A stretch of DNA of 64,000 nucleotides from an uncultured Clostridia bacterium (GCA_947366895.1 CANBBP010000005.1:1-64000), one strand, 5' to 3'; counted from the first letter of the stretch, positions 27,696 through 38,950 are shown. A program made the numbers and translations. Notes: generated from the letters alone by a model not told the origin.

Positions 27696-29876
27696 ATGTA
27701 TCTACTAGGTGCTATTGAAGATGTTATAGTTTCTATAAGAGATTTTTTTCAACTTGTTTTTGTTGAAATTGCAGACCTAGCATTTTGGCCTTTTATTATT
27801 TTAGGTCTTATGCTTGCCTCCATTGCTGTTATGGGTGTTTTGATAGGTTTGTCTTATGAAAATAAAATTTTAAGAAGTGTAAACAAACTTAATTCTTACT
27901 TTTTATCAAAACCTTTTATTACTGAAGAAAATCTTGTTGAGTTTAATCTAAAAATGAAAAAAGTTCCTAAGGTTCTTCGTAATAACTGGCAAATATATAT
28001 GTTAAATCGTGAAGATTCTCCTACAACCTATATCAATACAAGTACTTGTATTGATAAACCATTAAGAACAAGTTCTATTGAAAAAAATATGAGTAACTTT
28101 ACTATCTTTACTATTTTCTTAGCTCTTGTTGCTTTATTCATTGGTTTACAATATGCACAATTAGATAGTACAACAAATGCAAATGTTGGTTCAATTTTAT
28201 TCTATGCAGGTCTTGTTCCATTAGGAGTGGCTTTCTTATATGTAATAGCAATATTCATTGCAAAAGCTGTAAAAGATGATATTTATTCTTCCTTATATGA
28301 TAATTTCCCTTTGTATGAAAGAAATTTAACCAAAGCTGTTTCAACCTTGCCTTCTTATGTAGATTATGAAATATTATTTACTAGAAAAGAAATTAAAGAA
28401 GGTATTCCTATTTTACAACAATATCTTGAAAAAAGAGCTCTTGTTGAACAACAAGAACTTGAAAGAGCAAGACAAGATTCTATGGCTACCGAAGAATATG
28501 ACTTTGCAGAGTTAGGAATAGATGGCTCACTTGTTTTAGAAAGAGCAATGAAGGAAAGTGAAACGTTTATAAGAACTCGTAACAGACTTCAAGAAGAGTG
28601 TGGTCAAATAGAGGCAGAAAAGGAAAATTATAAAAAGACCTTTGAAAATAATGAAAAGGATTTCCAAAGAAAACTTCAAGCTAGCAGAGAAAACTTAGAA
28701 AGTTTGAAAGCACAACAGGAAGCTTCTACAAACCGTATTGAAAGTAACTATATTAGAAAACAACAAAGCGATGAAATTAAAAAACAAGAACAACTTGAAA
28801 AAGACAATGAAGAAGCAAATGCAAAATTCAATGAAGAGCAAATTAATCTACAACAAGAAATAGATAAGAGAAAACAAGAAATTGAAGAGAAAAAAGCTTT
28901 CGTTGAACAAGCTATGTTACTTGAATTTAAACATTATGCAAATACTCTTTATAAAGCACTTACTCAAAAAGCAGCAGAAATAGGTAACCAAAAACTTATA
29001 ACCCTTGCACAAGAAAATAACGATTTAAAATCTATATTATCAGATATGCAAGGAGCTGAACAATTTTATGACCCAACAGCTGGTATGATTCAAAATGAAG
29101 AAATAACTGCAGAAAAATTATATGATATGACTAATGGCGAACTTAATCAACTTGAAGAAAATAGAAATTTAAGTCACCAAATGAATCAAGAAGAAGCAAA
29201 CAATCAAAATGTTCAAAATGAAAATAATCAAATAATTAATAACGTTAATGATAATCAAGATAGTAATGTAAATGGTGATGCTTCAAATAATGTGGGTGTA
29301 GATTCATCAAATATAGGTGGAGATGGGGGACAAATTCCTAATGCTCAAAGTGAAGAAGATTTGTTAGCACTTCAAAAACAAATTGAGGAAGAAAGTAATA
29401 AACTTCAACAGCAAAAGCAAGAACTAGAAAATGATATTAATTCTATTAATACTCAAATGAATAATCCTCAACCTCAACAGCCGGAAGTTCAAAGTGGCAA
29501 TGTAGAAACAGCACCTCAACCACAAACTATTCAACCTGTTGAACAACCACAAGTTGTACAACCAGTTGAACAACAACCACAAACTCAAGTTGTACAAGAA
29601 GTTCCAAATGTTCAACCTCAAGTACAACCACAACAAGAACAAGTTGTACAACCTCAAGTTGAACCTAATTATGAAAATGAATTAGAAAAATTAGAAGAAA
29701 CAACTGCCGCAACAACAAGAGGTAGAAGAACATCAAATGCTTCAAGCAATCCTAGAACAACTGCTAGAGGGGCAAAAACAAAGAGGGCAGGAAGAAACAC
29801 TGCAAGGTCAAATAGTGAAATAGATGCCTTGAATGCAGAAATGCAAAAACTTTTAGATTCCACAAAAAATAGTTAA
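27696..29876 (+). CDS. Membrane-anchored coiled-coil protein with a Q/N/P-rich low-complexity region, 726 aa
   Basis: 2-3 hydrophobic transmembrane segments in the first 200 aa, a long E/K/Q-rich coiled coil, then QPxVQP-type repeats and an RG/T-rich C-terminus. Confidence 0.55.
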   Translation: MYLLGAIEDVIVSIRDFFQLVFVEIADLAFWPFIILGLMLASIAVMGVLIGLSYENKILRSVNKLNSYFLSKPFITEENLVEFNLKMKKVPKVLRNNWQIYMLNREDSPTTYINTSTCIDKPLRTSSIEKNMSNFTIFTIFLALVALFIGLQYAQLDSTTNANVGSILFYAGLVPLGVAFLYVIAIFIAKAVKDDIYSSLYDNFPLYERNLTKAVSTLPSYVDYEILFTRKEIKEGIPILQQYLEKRALVEQQELERARQDSMATEEYDFAELGIDGSLVLERAMKESETFIRTRNRLQEECGQIEAEKENYKKTFENNEKDFQRKLQASRENLESLKAQQEASTNRIESNYIRKQQSDEIKKQEQLEKDNEEANAKFNEEQINLQQEIDKRKQEIEEKKAFVEQAMLLEFKHYANTLYKALTQKAAEIGNQKLITLAQENNDLKSILSDMQGAEQFYDPTAGMIQNEEITAEKLYDMTNGELNQLEENRNLSHQMNQEEANNQNVQNENNQIINNVNDNQDSNVNGDASNNVGVDSSNIGGDGGQIPNAQSEEDLLALQKQIEEESNKLQQQKQELENDINSINTQMNNPQPQQPEVQSGNVETAPQPQTIQPVEQPQVVQPVEQQPQTQVVQEVPNVQPQVQPQQEQVVQPQVEPNYENELEKLEETTAATTRGRRTSNASSNPRTTARGAKTKRAGRNTARSNSEIDALNAEMQKLLDSTKNS

Positions 29877-29949
29877 TATCAATAAAATGTATTTTTTAAT
29901 ATTAATAAATAACTAATATTAGATTACAAAAAAATTATATAAAATAATA

Positions 29950-29982
29950 AAAAACATAGATTTTTTAATCTATGTTTTTTTG
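29950..29982. terminator. Bidirectional rho-independent terminator
   Basis: Stem aacatagatt / aatctatgtt flanked by an A-run and a T-run, between convergent genes. Confidence 0.7.
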
Positions 29983-30039
29983 TTTTGTAGTAAAAGTGGT
30001 GTTTAAAAATTACTACAATAGGAAAATGTAAAATAAAGT

Positions 30040-30903
30040 TTAAGCTTTAATTTTGCTAAATACGGTTAGTTCCACAAGTTTACTATGTTTTTTAGCACTT
30101 TCTAAGTTCTTGCTATTTATAATATTATCTTTTTTAATAATAATTTCATTGTTAAGACCATAAATAGTTTTTATTGCTTTTCTGCCTATTAAAAAGTTTC
30201 CGTTACCTACAACTCTTTGTGGAGTAGGTTCGTTATTTATTTTAAAAGCATTTTTAGGTGGCTGAGGAAGGCTTATTTCGTTTTGCGTAATTTCAGTTTC
30301 TTGTGGTGGAGTTTGTATTTGTGAAGGTTCAAATAGTTGAGGTAATTGTTCTTGCTGTTGATTTGTATTATTGTCAGGCATCATATCATTAATAGTAGGC
30401 ATTATTTTGATTATATTATTAGATGTTGATTGTTTTGCTTTTTTTATTTTTGGTTTAAAATCGCTATATTTTACTTTTTTGTCTGAATTATTAATAATAA
30501 TAATTTTGCCTATATTAACAATGTTACGTGGTGTTATAACTAAATCTTTAGTAAGTAAATTTTTTACCTCAAAATTTTTTTCTATTTCTACATCACTTAG
30601 TACTCCTAAATTATCGCCATTTGAGGAATATATTTCTAAATTTATAGGATTGTTTTCTTGTATGGTTTTATCGGTGTTTTCTAATATTAAAGCTTCGCTA
30701 TTTTTAATAACTAAACAAGAACTTCCCACACTGTATATTTTATTTGTTGATAAAATATATTCTTCTTCCTCATCATCAAAAATTTTAAAGTATTGTATTT
30801 TCTTGTAGGTACTATCAAAGTATGCATCTTTTATAGTGCCTTCAATTTTTCCTGAATACAAATTAAGCACGGGTTTTGAAATAATTTCGCTTAATAAATT
30901 CAT
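30040..30903 (-). CDS. PRC-barrel-like domain protein (two putative PRC barrels) with a Q/P-rich linker
   Basis: N-terminal KPVLNLYSGKIEGTIKDAYFD and internal GDNLGVLSDVEIEK resemble PRC-barrel (YlmC/YmxH-type) cores. Assignment is tentative. Confidence 0.4.
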   Translation of the reverse strand: MNLLSEIISKPVLNLYSGKIEGTIKDAYFDSTYKKIQYFKIFDDEEEEYILSTNKIYSVGSSCLVIKNSEALILENTDKTIQENNPINLEIYSSNGDNLGVLSDVEIEKNFEVKNLLTKDLVITPRNIVNIGKIIIINNSDKKVKYSDFKPKIKKAKQSTSNNIIKIMPTINDMMPDNNTNQQQEQLPQLFEPSQIQTPPQETEITQNEISLPQPPKNAFKINNEPTPQRVVGNGNFLIGRKAIKTIYGLNNEIIIKKDNIINSKNLESAKKHSKLVELTVFSKIKA

Positions 30904-31097
30904 TTTGCCCTCTCTTTTTTGTAAAATGGTATATCACAATAAAATATATGTTTGTTTTTTAAAAAATATTATTTTTATTCGCTAGTAATAGTAACAATTT
31001 TATGATAATATATGTATATACAAATTTAGTTTTGCTTTATTTAAAAATTAATTTTATATTGGCTTTGTTATTAATGTTTTTATTAGGTTAATAAGAT

Positions 31098-32537
31098 ATG
31101 AAAATTTTTATGAAATTAAAAGCATTTTTTAATAAAAATATTTCCATCTTGCCATATCAAAAAGTTGATATGGTTTCTTTTGTTAGGTTAAGAAGTAACT
31201 CCATAAAAATTAATAGTTATGTTACAGTAGAGGAAAATTTTAATTTTGTATTGGTTTATTATAACAAGGTTTGCGATATTTTACCTGAAGGTAATCATAA
31301 ACTTAACGAGGATACTATACCTAAATTATATAGATTTTCTAAAACACCTTTTGGTTTAAAAGCTCTTACAACAAGAAGTATTGTTACTGATGCGTATTAT
31401 ATAAATTTGAAAGATTTTGATAATAACAATTTTAGAACTATTGATAGAGTTATTGCATTAAATGAAGGACAAAAAGTTAGAATTAAATTAAGTGGTAACT
31501 TTAGTATGAAAGTTGTTGATACATTAAAATTTATGAAAGCATTATGCAATGACTATGCTGTAATACGAAATAAAAAAACAATGAAAGAAATTTGTTCAAC
31601 TGTTGGCTATGAAGTTTCAAAAGCATTAAATTCAAAAAACTATTCTATTGATGATTATGTTTTTAATCAAGATAAAATTATTGCTACTATAGAAGAATAT
31701 GTTAATAATCATACAAAAACTTTTGGGATTGAAGTTAGTAAATTTTCGATAAATAATTTTGATGTAAATAAGAAATACTTAAATGAAGTTCAATTAACAG
31801 CCTTAGAGCAAGTACAGGGTATAAATGAAAATATTGTAAATGAAGAATTATCTAATTTAGTTAATTCTGAACAAGATTCTTTACAAAAAGAAGAGAGCAT
31901 AGTTTATGTGGGGGATTCTTGCGAAAAAAAGAAAAGCGGTAAAAATAAAGAAGGCATAAATGAAATTAAGATAATTAATGATAATTTTGTTACAAAAGAA
32001 GAATCTACAAATAATCAGCAAAAAACAAATAAAAACGATATAGATATAAATAAGGCTTTAGAAGAAACTGCCAATAAAATATTAGAAAATAACTGTAATA
32101 AAACTTTTAAAAATGAAGAAGATATTTTTATAAAAGACAATAATTCTAATTTAAATTTTGCAAAAAAAGAAGTTTCTTCTAATAAACCTAAAATAGATAA
32201 CGATGCTTTTTTAAAACAGCCTGAGCCTATGATTTTAGTAAGGAGTTTTGAAGAAGATATAATTATTAAAAAAACGAATGAGACACAAGATAAAATACCT
32301 TCTAAAAAAATAAAACCTGAAAAAGAAAAAAGTGAGTTAGTAACTAATAAAAATAATAAAGAAAAAGTTACAAGAAAAAAATGTAATAATTGTGGGCAAG
32401 AAACTATAGAGAATAATGCTAAATTTTGTAATAAGTGTGGTAATAATTTAAGCGATTACAAAATATGTGCATGTTGTGGTGCAAAAAATTTAATAGAGGA
32501 TAAAAAATGTTGTGTTTGTAAAAGTTTGCTTGATTAA
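31098..32537 (+). CDS. Hypothetical protein with a possible SPFH/band-7-like N-terminal domain and C-terminal double zinc-ribbon
   Basis: C-terminal CNNCGQET...CNKCGNNL...CACCGAKN...CCVCKSLL (two CxxC...CxxC ribbons). The N-terminal assignment is weak. Confidence 0.45.
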   Translation: MKIFMKLKAFFNKNISILPYQKVDMVSFVRLRSNSIKINSYVTVEENFNFVLVYYNKVCDILPEGNHKLNEDTIPKLYRFSKTPFGLKALTTRSIVTDAYYINLKDFDNNNFRTIDRVIALNEGQKVRIKLSGNFSMKVVDTLKFMKALCNDYAVIRNKKTMKEICSTVGYEVSKALNSKNYSIDDYVFNQDKIIATIEEYVNNHTKTFGIEVSKFSINNFDVNKKYLNEVQLTALEQVQGINENIVNEELSNLVNSEQDSLQKEESIVYVGDSCEKKKSGKNKEGINEIKIINDNFVTKEESTNNQQKTNKNDIDINKALEETANKILENNCNKTFKNEEDIFIKDNNSNLNFAKKEVSSNKPKIDNDAFLKQPEPMILVRSFEEDIIIKKTNETQDKIPSKKIKPEKEKSELVTNKNNKEKVTRKKCNNCGQETIENNAKFCNKCGNNLSDYKICACCGAKNLIEDKKCCVCKSLLD

Positions 32538-32668
32538 TTTTTAGAATAATTGTAAAATAAGTTGTAAAAAAATTAACTAAAAAATAGGTGGCACAATATT
32601 TTTAAAAATTTATTGAATAAATTATTTTTTTAACAAATTTTATATCTTTAATTAAGGAGAAGATTATT

Positions 32669-32917
32669 ATGTCAAAAATAACAAAGGAAACAACTTTAGG
32701 TGAAATTTTAAAAAATTATTCTAATGCAGAAGAAATATTAAAGGGTTTTGGAATGCATTGTTTTTCATGTCCTATGAGTCAAATGGAAACTGTTGAAGAG
32801 GCAGGTGCTGTTCATGGCTTGGATGCAGAGTTTATGGTAAAGAAATTACAAGAAGATTTAATTGAAAATAAACCAAAAAAATGTTGTTGCAAAAAATCAA
32901 ATAAAGAAAACGAATAA
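32669..32917 (+). CDS. DUF1858-type small redox protein (hybrid-cluster-protein-associated domain)
   Basis: TLGEILKNYSNAEEILKGFGMHCFSCPMSQMETVEEAGAVHGLD matches the DUF1858 core pattern GMHC.gCP. Confidence 0.55.
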   Translation: MSKITKETTLGEILKNYSNAEEILKGFGMHCFSCPMSQMETVEEAGAVHGLDAEFMVKKLQEDLIENKPKKCCCKKSNKENE

Positions 32918-33033
32918 AATTTATATTAAATAAAATTTAGTTTTTATAAGATTACTTATTTAATTTAATCTAAGTTGATAGGTATATTATTTAATTTTTC
33001 TAAACAAACTAATAAAAAGAGGGAGGATAGAAA

Positions 33034-33213
33034 ATGAAAGAACCTACAAAATTAAAAACTGATGTATGTTGTGATGTTTGTGCTTGTGTGCATAATATAG
33101 AAGGTTGTTTATGCGATAAAGATGCAATCAAAATTACAAAGGATACAAATGATAGTAATGCTCATTTTTGTAAAAGTTTTGAATGCAAAGATAGTTGCAA
33201 ATGTAACAAATAA
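33034..33213 (+). CDS. Small DUF1540-like cysteine-rich protein, 59 aa; not in the supplied ORF track (below 60 aa)
   Basis: RBS agagggagg 8 nt upstream. CDVCACVHNIEGCLCDKDAIKITK...HFCKSFEC repeats the motif of the 6729-7046 protein. Confidence 0.5.
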   Translation: MKEPTKLKTDVCCDVCACVHNIEGCLCDKDAIKITKDTNDSNAHFCKSFECKDSCKCNK

Positions 33214-33348
33214 AAAGATTTTATTATTTGAATTTATATTTTAACAATATAATAAATATCTAGAATTAAAAAAAAGAATGTTTTAAACATTCTTTTTTTT
33301 GTATTTATTAAATTATTTGTTGTATAGTAAATTTTTTTATTATATGGA

Positions 33349-34425
33349 CTATTGCTCTAAATTATCTTGGGGTGGAGTTATTTGTGGGTTTTGCATAGGT
33401 AAGTCTATTTGTTGATTTATTAAGGGGTCTAATTTTTGTTGAATTGACAAAGTTTCTGCCTCACTTAAGTCTTGCTCTTCTCCAAAGTGTAAGGGAGTAG
33501 ATAATTCATCTTCAAGTTTTACTTCCTCATTTTTTATATGAGTATTTAATATATCTTCTATAAGGTGAGGATTATCTTGTTGACTTTGATAAGAAGATAG
33601 AGAAGTGTCTAGTTGATTGAAAGGAAAACTATCTAAAGTTTCATGAATATTTTTATAACTTAATATGCCTCCCAAGATAGTTGAACTATCCATTGGAGAT
33701 TGTTCTCTTTTTATTCCTAAATATTGTTGCAAAGTGTCACGAGAATATTCAGAAAGATGTTCGGGAGCTTTAGCTGTTAAAAAGATATTATTTAAGTTGG
33801 GTAACCTATCCCCATTTTGAGTAGTTAAACTTTGCCATTGAGTAGTTTCAGTATTTGTAAACCCTAAGTAATTAAAACTATCTTCTAGTTGTTTGGAAGA
33901 AAATCCTCTTGCTCCTCCTCGTTTAACAAAGGGGTGTTTCTTTTCAAAAAAATGGAGTGCAAGGTATCCGTCTGGATTTACACTTTTTGCGATATTTAAA
34001 ATCATGTTTACATAATTAGCTTCAGGGCAGAATGGTAAAGCAGCAAAGGAATATATAAAATCAACTTTTGGCAGTCTTAAGTGTGCTAAATCCTGAGCTT
34101 GTGCGTGTAAGTTTTGTTTTACTGAATTATCACCTTGTAAGTAATGTTCGTTTAATATATTCCTATTAATACTTAAATCAATACCCATAACAGGAATTCC
34201 CTGTTTTGCTATATATACACTATCTGCAAAAGCTCCACAACCTAGGTCAAGAGCAGAGTTAAATTCTCCTTTATGTGAAGATAGAAATTCAACTAATACA
34301 TCTCTAGGTTCACGGCTTTTTGTATTATCATGATATACTTTCCAGATTCTACCGTTTTTTTCGCTAAGAGTTTCAAAGTTTTCTTTAGAAATTTTTTTAA
34401 TTTTATTTTGTTCACTTAAATTCAT
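33349..34425 (-). CDS. Class I SAM-dependent methyltransferase with a C-terminal Q/P-rich extension
   Basis: Motif I LDLGCGAF and motif-II-like VDFIYS. Confidence 0.65.
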   Translation of the reverse strand: MNLSEQNKIKKISKENFETLSEKNGRIWKVYHDNTKSREPRDVLVEFLSSHKGEFNSALDLGCGAFADSVYIAKQGIPVMGIDLSINRNILNEHYLQGDNSVKQNLHAQAQDLAHLRLPKVDFIYSFAALPFCPEANYVNMILNIAKSVNPDGYLALHFFEKKHPFVKRGGARGFSSKQLEDSFNYLGFTNTETTQWQSLTTQNGDRLPNLNNIFLTAKAPEHLSEYSRDTLQQYLGIKREQSPMDSSTILGGILSYKNIHETLDSFPFNQLDTSLSSYQSQQDNPHLIEDILNTHIKNEEVKLEDELSTPLHFGEEQDLSEAETLSIQQKLDPLINQQIDLPMQNPQITPPQDNLEQ

Positions 34426-34556
34426 TTTAATAATTTTCCTATTATTTATGCTACCATAATAATTGCTTATTGTAAAGATTTAATTGGTTTCTATTTGTGC
34501 AACTTGCACAAAATTTTTAAATTACTATTTTTAGCATTTTTTTCAAAAAAAAGGGG

Positions 34557-34585
34557 TTGACTATAGCCAGAAAGTGTTGTATTAT
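34557..34585 (+). promoter_or_regulatory. S10 operon promoter (TTGACT, 17-bp spacer, TATTAT), followed by a ~215-nt leader
   Basis: -35 at 34557-34562, -10 at 34580-34585; the long leader precedes rpsJ. Confidence 0.6.
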
Positions 34586-34800
34586 TATCTAACCGTGAAA
34601 AATGGGTTGATGCGTAAAGTTACTATTTTTAGCAGCAAAAATAGAGAATTTGCGTGGACAAGTTTGAATTAAATTCAAGCGAACTGGCATTTTAAAAAAA
34701 CTTTTAAAATCTTTACATAAAAGATTTTTTTAAAAAAAATTTAATGCGACACACACGGTAAAGTGTATTAAATTTTTGTCAGTATGGGAAAGGAGATTAT

Positions 34801-35109
34801 ATGGCAACACAAAAAATAAGAATTAAGTTAAAATCTTACGACCACTACTTGATAGACCTTGCTACTTCCAGAATTATGGATACTGCAATTAAGTCAGGTT
34901 CACAAGTTGCTGGTCCAATACCACTTCCAACAGAAAAGGAAGTTGTAACAATCATTAGAGCACCTCATAAATATAAAGATAGTCGTGAACAATTTGAGAT
35001 GCGTACACACAAAAGGATTATTGATATTTATACACCTTCAAGCAAAGCAGTTGATAGTTTAATGAAACTTGATTTGCCAGCAGGAGTTGATATCAATATT
35101 AAATTATAA
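34801..35109 (+). CDS. rpsJ: 30S ribosomal protein S10
   Basis: [15 protein letters not shown]... is the canonical S10; 102 aa. Confidence 0.97.
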   Translation: MATQKIRIKLKSYDHYLIDLATSRIMDTAIKSGSQVAGPIPLPTEKEVVTIIRAPHKYKDSREQFEMRTHKRIIDIYTPSSKAVDSLMKLDLPAGVDINIKL

Positions 35110-35128
35110 GGTTGCGAGGTGAAAGAAA

Positions 35129-35761
35129 ATGAAAAAAGCAATTCTTGGTAAAAAATTAGGAATGACACAAGTTTTTGATGCAGACGGAAAAGTAACCCCA
35201 GTAACTGTTATACTTGCTGGTCCTTGCACCGTTGTTCAAAAGAAAACTGTCGAAAGTGATGGCTACGATGCTGTTGTTGTAGGTTTTGGACAAACAAAAG
35301 AAAAAAGTAAAAATAAAGCTGAATTAGGTTTGTTTAAAAAGGCACAAGTTGAAGTTAAAAAATATTTAAAAGAATTTAAACTTGATAACTTTGCTGACCT
35401 TCAAGTAGGAAGCGAAATTAAATGTTCAGTTTTTCAAGAAAACGATTTAGTTGATGTAACAGGAACAACAAAAGGTCATGGTTTTAGTGGAAACATTAAA
35501 AGATGGAATGCTCATAGATTAAAAATGACTCACGGTACTGGTCCCGTTCATAGAGAAGTTGGTTCATTAAGTGCTAACTCAACTCCTAGCAGAGTTTTTA
35601 AAAATCATAAAATGCCAGGTCAATATGGTAATGAACAAGTTACCAAACAAAACTTAAAAGTCGTTAAAGTTGATGAGGAAAGAAATCTTATCTTAGTTAA
35701 GGGTGGTATACCTGGAAGCAAGGACAGCCTCGTATCAATTTGCAGTGCTAAAAAAGCATAA
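35129..35761 (+). CDS. rplC: 50S ribosomal protein L3
   Basis: Operon position and sequence ([11 protein letters not shown]...). Confidence 0.95.
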   Translation: MKKAILGKKLGMTQVFDADGKVTPVTVILAGPCTVVQKKTVESDGYDAVVVGFGQTKEKSKNKAELGLFKKAQVEVKKYLKEFKLDNFADLQVGSEIKCSVFQENDLVDVTGTTKGHGFSGNIKRWNAHRLKMTHGTGPVHREVGSLSANSTPSRVFKNHKMPGQYGNEQVTKQNLKVVKVDEERNLILVKGGIPGSKDSLVSICSAKKA

Positions 35762-35781
35762 GCGAGTAAGGAGAACACAAT

Positions 35782-36408
35782 ATGCCTAAGGTTAAAGTTT
35801 ATAACACAAAAGCAGAAGTTGTTGGTCAAGCAACCCTTAGTGAAGAAGTTTTTGGTTGTGAATACAAAGAAGCACTTATTCATCAAGTAGTTGTAGCCTA
35901 TAACAATAATCAAAGACAAGGTACAAAATCTACCCTTCTTCGTAGTGAAGTTAGAGGTCATGCAAAAAAACCTTGGAGACAAAAAGGCACAGGTAGAGCA
36001 AGACAAGGTTCAACCAAGAGTGCACAATGGAAAGGTGGCGGTATAATTTTTGCACCAAAACCTAGAGATTTTTCTCAAAAAATTAATAAATCAATGAAAG
36101 TTGCTGCATTCAAGAGTGCTATAAGTGCAAAACTTGCAGATGCTGAAATAGTTGTTTTAGAAAGTATTTCTCTTGAACAACCAAAAACAAAATTATTTCA
36201 AAACATATTAGATGCTTTTAAAGTAAACGGTAAAAATGTTATGTTTGTTTTAAAAGAAAAAGACGATACAATTCTTAGAGCTTCAGGAAATATTCCAAAT
36301 GTAAAAGTTACTTATGCTGATGTATTGGGAACATACGATATAGTTGCAAATTCCAAACTCTACATCACCAAAGATGCAATTAAAAAGTTAGAGGAGGCTT
36401 ATAAATAA
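35782..36408 (+). CDS. rplD: 50S ribosomal protein L4
   Basis: Operon position and sequence. Confidence 0.95.
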   Translation: MPKVKVYNTKAEVVGQATLSEEVFGCEYKEALIHQVVVAYNNNQRQGTKSTLLRSEVRGHAKKPWRQKGTGRARQGSTKSAQWKGGGIIFAPKPRDFSQKINKSMKVAAFKSAISAKLADAEIVVLESISLEQPKTKLFQNILDAFKVNGKNVMFVLKEKDDTILRASGNIPNVKVTYADVLGTYDIVANSKLYITKDAIKKLEEAYK

Positions 36409-36710
36409 TGAGTGCCTATGACATTATTAAAAAACCACTTCTTTCAGAAAAGAGTTATGCAACAATCGCTGAAAAGAAGTATACTTTTGTTGTTGATTTG
36501 AATGCTAATAAAATTCAAATTAAACAAGCAGTTGAAGAAATTTTTAAAGTAAAAGTTAAACAAGTTAATACCTTAATAGTTAAAGGTAAAAAGAAAACCC
36601 AAAATACAAAACAAGGTAGAAGTGTTGGTAGAACTAGCGATTACAAAAAAGCTATTGTATGGCTTACTAAGGAAAGCAAACCTATTGAATTCTTCGAAAG
36701 TTTGAACTAA
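36408..36710 (+). CDS. rplW: 50S ribosomal protein L23
   Basis: Operon position and sequence. Confidence 0.95.
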   Translation: MSAYDIIKKPLLSEKSYATIAEKKYTFVVDLNANKIQIKQAVEEIFKVKVKQVNTLIVKGKKKTQNTKQGRSVGRTSDYKKAIVWLTKESKPIEFFESLN

Positions 36711-36727
36711 GGTAGGAGGGAAGTAAA

Positions 36728-37552
36728 ATGGCAATTAAAAGACATAATCCAACCACTCCATCACAAAGATTTTTAACTACTTTAGATAATTCAGAGTTAA
36801 CAAAAAAGAAACCTGAAAAATCACTTCTTGCAGTTAAAAATAAAAATGGTGGTAGAAATGCTCAAGGCAAAATCACCGTTAGACACAAGGGTGGCGGAAA
36901 TAGACAAAAATATAGATTGATTGAATTTAAAAGAAATCACGATAATGTTCCTGCAAGAGTTGAAGCTATCGAATATGACCCTAATAGAACTGCTAATATT
37001 GCTCTTTTATATTATGCAGATGGAGCAAAATCTTACATTCTAGCACCTGTTGGCCTAAATGTTGGCGATAAGGTTATGAGTGGAGAAGAAGTTGAAGTAA
37101 AAGTCGGTAACTGCATGCCACTTAAAAATATCCCAGTTGGTAGTGTTGTTCATAATATTGAACTTCGTCCTAATCAAGGTGGTAAAATAGCAAGATCTGC
37201 TGGAATTGCTGCAAGACTTATGGCTAAAGAAGGCAAATATGCAACACTTAAAATGCCTAGTGGCGAAATGAGAGTTGTTAATATCAATTGTCGTGCTACA
37301 TTAGGTCAAGTTGGCAATATAGACCATGAAATTATGAACATTGGTAAAGCTGGAAGAAATAGACACATGGGAGTTAGACCTAGTGTTCGTGGTGTAGTTA
37401 TGAACCCATGCGATCACCCTCATGGTGGTGGTGAAGGTAAGTCACCAGTTGGTATGCCTAGCCCAGTTACACCTTGGGGTAAGCCTGCTCTTGGACTTAA
37501 AACAAGAAATAAGAAAAAGAACACTAATAAGTTTATTATTAGTAGGTCTTAA
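36728..37552 (+). CDS. rplB: 50S ribosomal protein L2
   Basis: [15 protein letters not shown]... with a conserved GGG-rich C-terminus. Confidence 0.97.
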   Translation: MAIKRHNPTTPSQRFLTTLDNSELTKKKPEKSLLAVKNKNGGRNAQGKITVRHKGGGNRQKYRLIEFKRNHDNVPARVEAIEYDPNRTANIALLYYADGAKSYILAPVGLNVGDKVMSGEEVEVKVGNCMPLKNIPVGSVVHNIELRPNQGGKIARSAGIAARLMAKEGKYATLKMPSGEMRVVNINCRATLGQVGNIDHEIMNIGKAGRNRHMGVRPSVRGVVMNPCDHPHGGGEGKSPVGMPSPVTPWGKPALGLKTRNKKKNTNKFIISRS

Positions 37553-37573
37553 TTTACAAGGAGTTGTTAGAAA

Positions 37574-37849
37574 ATGAGTAGATCATTAAAGAAAAAACCG
37601 TTCGTTGAAGAAAGATTGTTAGTTCGCATTAAACAAATGAACGAAACTAACTCTAAAAAACCTATTAAAACTTGGTCAAGAGCATCTGTTATTTATCCTG
37701 AATTTGTTGGTCACACAATAGCAGTTCATAATGGTAAAAAGCATATTCCAGTTTATTGTACAGCAGAAATGGTTGGTCATAAACTTGGCGAATTTGCTCC
37801 TACAAGAACTTATAGAGGCCATGGTGCAGATAAGGCAAAAGGTAAGTAA
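37574..37849 (+). CDS. rpsS: 30S ribosomal protein S19
   Basis: [13 protein letters not shown]... and [13 protein letters not shown]. Confidence 0.97.
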   Translation: MSRSLKKKPFVEERLLVRIKQMNETNSKKPIKTWSRASVIYPEFVGHTIAVHNGKKHIPVYCTAEMVGHKLGEFAPTRTYRGHGADKAKGK

Positions 37850-37863
37850 GGAGATAGGAAACA

Positions 37864-38253
37864 ATGGCAAAGAATATTAGAGAAAAAACCGAAAGAATTA
37901 ATAAAAATAGAGATACAAGACCTCATGCTAGTGCTAAATTCTTAAGAGTAAGTTCAAGTAAACTTGATATCATTATGGATTTAGTTCGTGGTAAAAGTTA
38001 TAATGAGGCTGTTGGTATACTTGCAAATACTCCAAACAAATCTGCTGAATATATTTTAGATGTTGTTAAATCTGCTGGTGCTAATGCAGAAAACAATATG
38101 GGCTTAAACAAGCAAGATTTATATGTTGCAGAAATTTATTCTGGTCAAGGTGCTACTTATAAACGCCAAAATATCCGTGGTCGTGGTAGAGTTGACCAAA
38201 TTTTAAAAAGAACAAGTCATATTACTGTAAAACTTGATACAGTGGTTAAATAA
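37864..38253 (+). CDS. rplV: 50S ribosomal protein L22 (N-terminally extended, 129 aa)
   Basis: Operon position and the L22 core LVRGKSYNEAVGILANTP. Confidence 0.93.
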   Translation: MAKNIREKTERINKNRDTRPHASAKFLRVSSSKLDIIMDLVRGKSYNEAVGILANTPNKSAEYILDVVKSAGANAENNMGLNKQDLYVAEIYSGQGATYKRQNIRGRGRVDQILKRTSHITVKLDTVVK

Positions 38254-38269
38254 GGGAAGGAGCAAAAAT

Positions 38270-38950
38270 ATGGGACAAAAAGTTAGTCCAAACGGACTTA
38301 GAATTGGAATCAATAAAGGTTGGAATTCTTTGTGGTATGTTGGCAAGGCCGATTTTGCTAAAAACCTTAAAGAAGACAATGTTATTAGGAAATTTATCAA
38401 ACAAAAATATTTTGCTTGTGCAATTTCCAAAGTAGTTATAGAAAGAACTGCAAAAAGAATTATAGTTAATGTTTATACTGCTCGTCCTGGTATATTAATC
38501 GGACAAAAAGGTGCAGGTGTTGAAACTTTAAAGAAAGAACTATTAAAACTTACTAAAGCAGAAACAATTTCTATCAATATTAAAGAAATAAAAAACCCAG
38601 ATACCGATGCAACTTTAATTGCTGAAAGCATTGCTGGTCAACTTGAAAAACGTGTTCACTTTAGAAGAGCTATGAAAACTGCTATGCAAAAAGCAATGAA
38701 AGCTGGTGTTAAAGGTATTAAAACTATGGTTGGTGGCAGACTTGATGGAGCAGATATTGCAAGAAGTGAAAAATATCATCAAGGTAGTTTACCTCTTCAA
38801 ACATTAAGAGCTGATATTGATTATGGTTTTGCTGAAGCAAAAACAACATTTGGTATTTTAGGAATTAAAGTTTGGGTATACAACGGCGAAATTTACTCTA
38901 AAAAAGCAAGTACTTCAAAAGAGGAGGTTCGTAGCAATGTTAATGCCTAA
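38270..38950 (+). CDS. rpsC: 30S ribosomal protein S3
   Basis: Start moved to the ATG at 38270 ([13 protein letters not shown]), which has RBS ggaaggag upstream. The track ORF at 38234 would overlap rplV. Confidence 0.93.
   Translation: MGQKVSPNGLRIGINKGWNSLWYVGKADFAKNLKEDNVIRKFIKQKYFACAISKVVIERTAKRIIVNVYTARPGILIGQKGAGVETLKKELLKLTKAETISINIKEIKNPDTDATLIAESIAGQLEKRVHFRRAMKTAMQKAMKAGVKGIKTMVGGRLDGADIARSEKYHQGSLPLQTLRADIDYGFAEAKTTFGILGIKVWVYNGEIYSKKASTSKEEVRSNVNA

Noticed and set aside
35620-36006. Antisense ORFs inside ribosomal-protein genes (35620-36006, 39036-39305, 40240-40545, 40561-40938, 43006-43473, 44277-44522, 46109-46300, 47427-47624, 50764-51108, 37676-37870, 38203-38430, 39502-39708, 39945-40185)
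   Set aside because: They are embedded in, or antisense to, highly conserved r-protein or secY/adk/map coding sequence. Several are low-complexity translations of the lysine-rich tail of L24 read in reverse.
38234-38269. Extended 5' start of rpsC in the ORF track (MIQWLNKGRSKN...)
   Set aside because: It overlaps the end of rplV and lacks an RBS. The ATG at 38270 (MGQKVSPNG) has a good RBS and matches the canonical S3 N-terminus.
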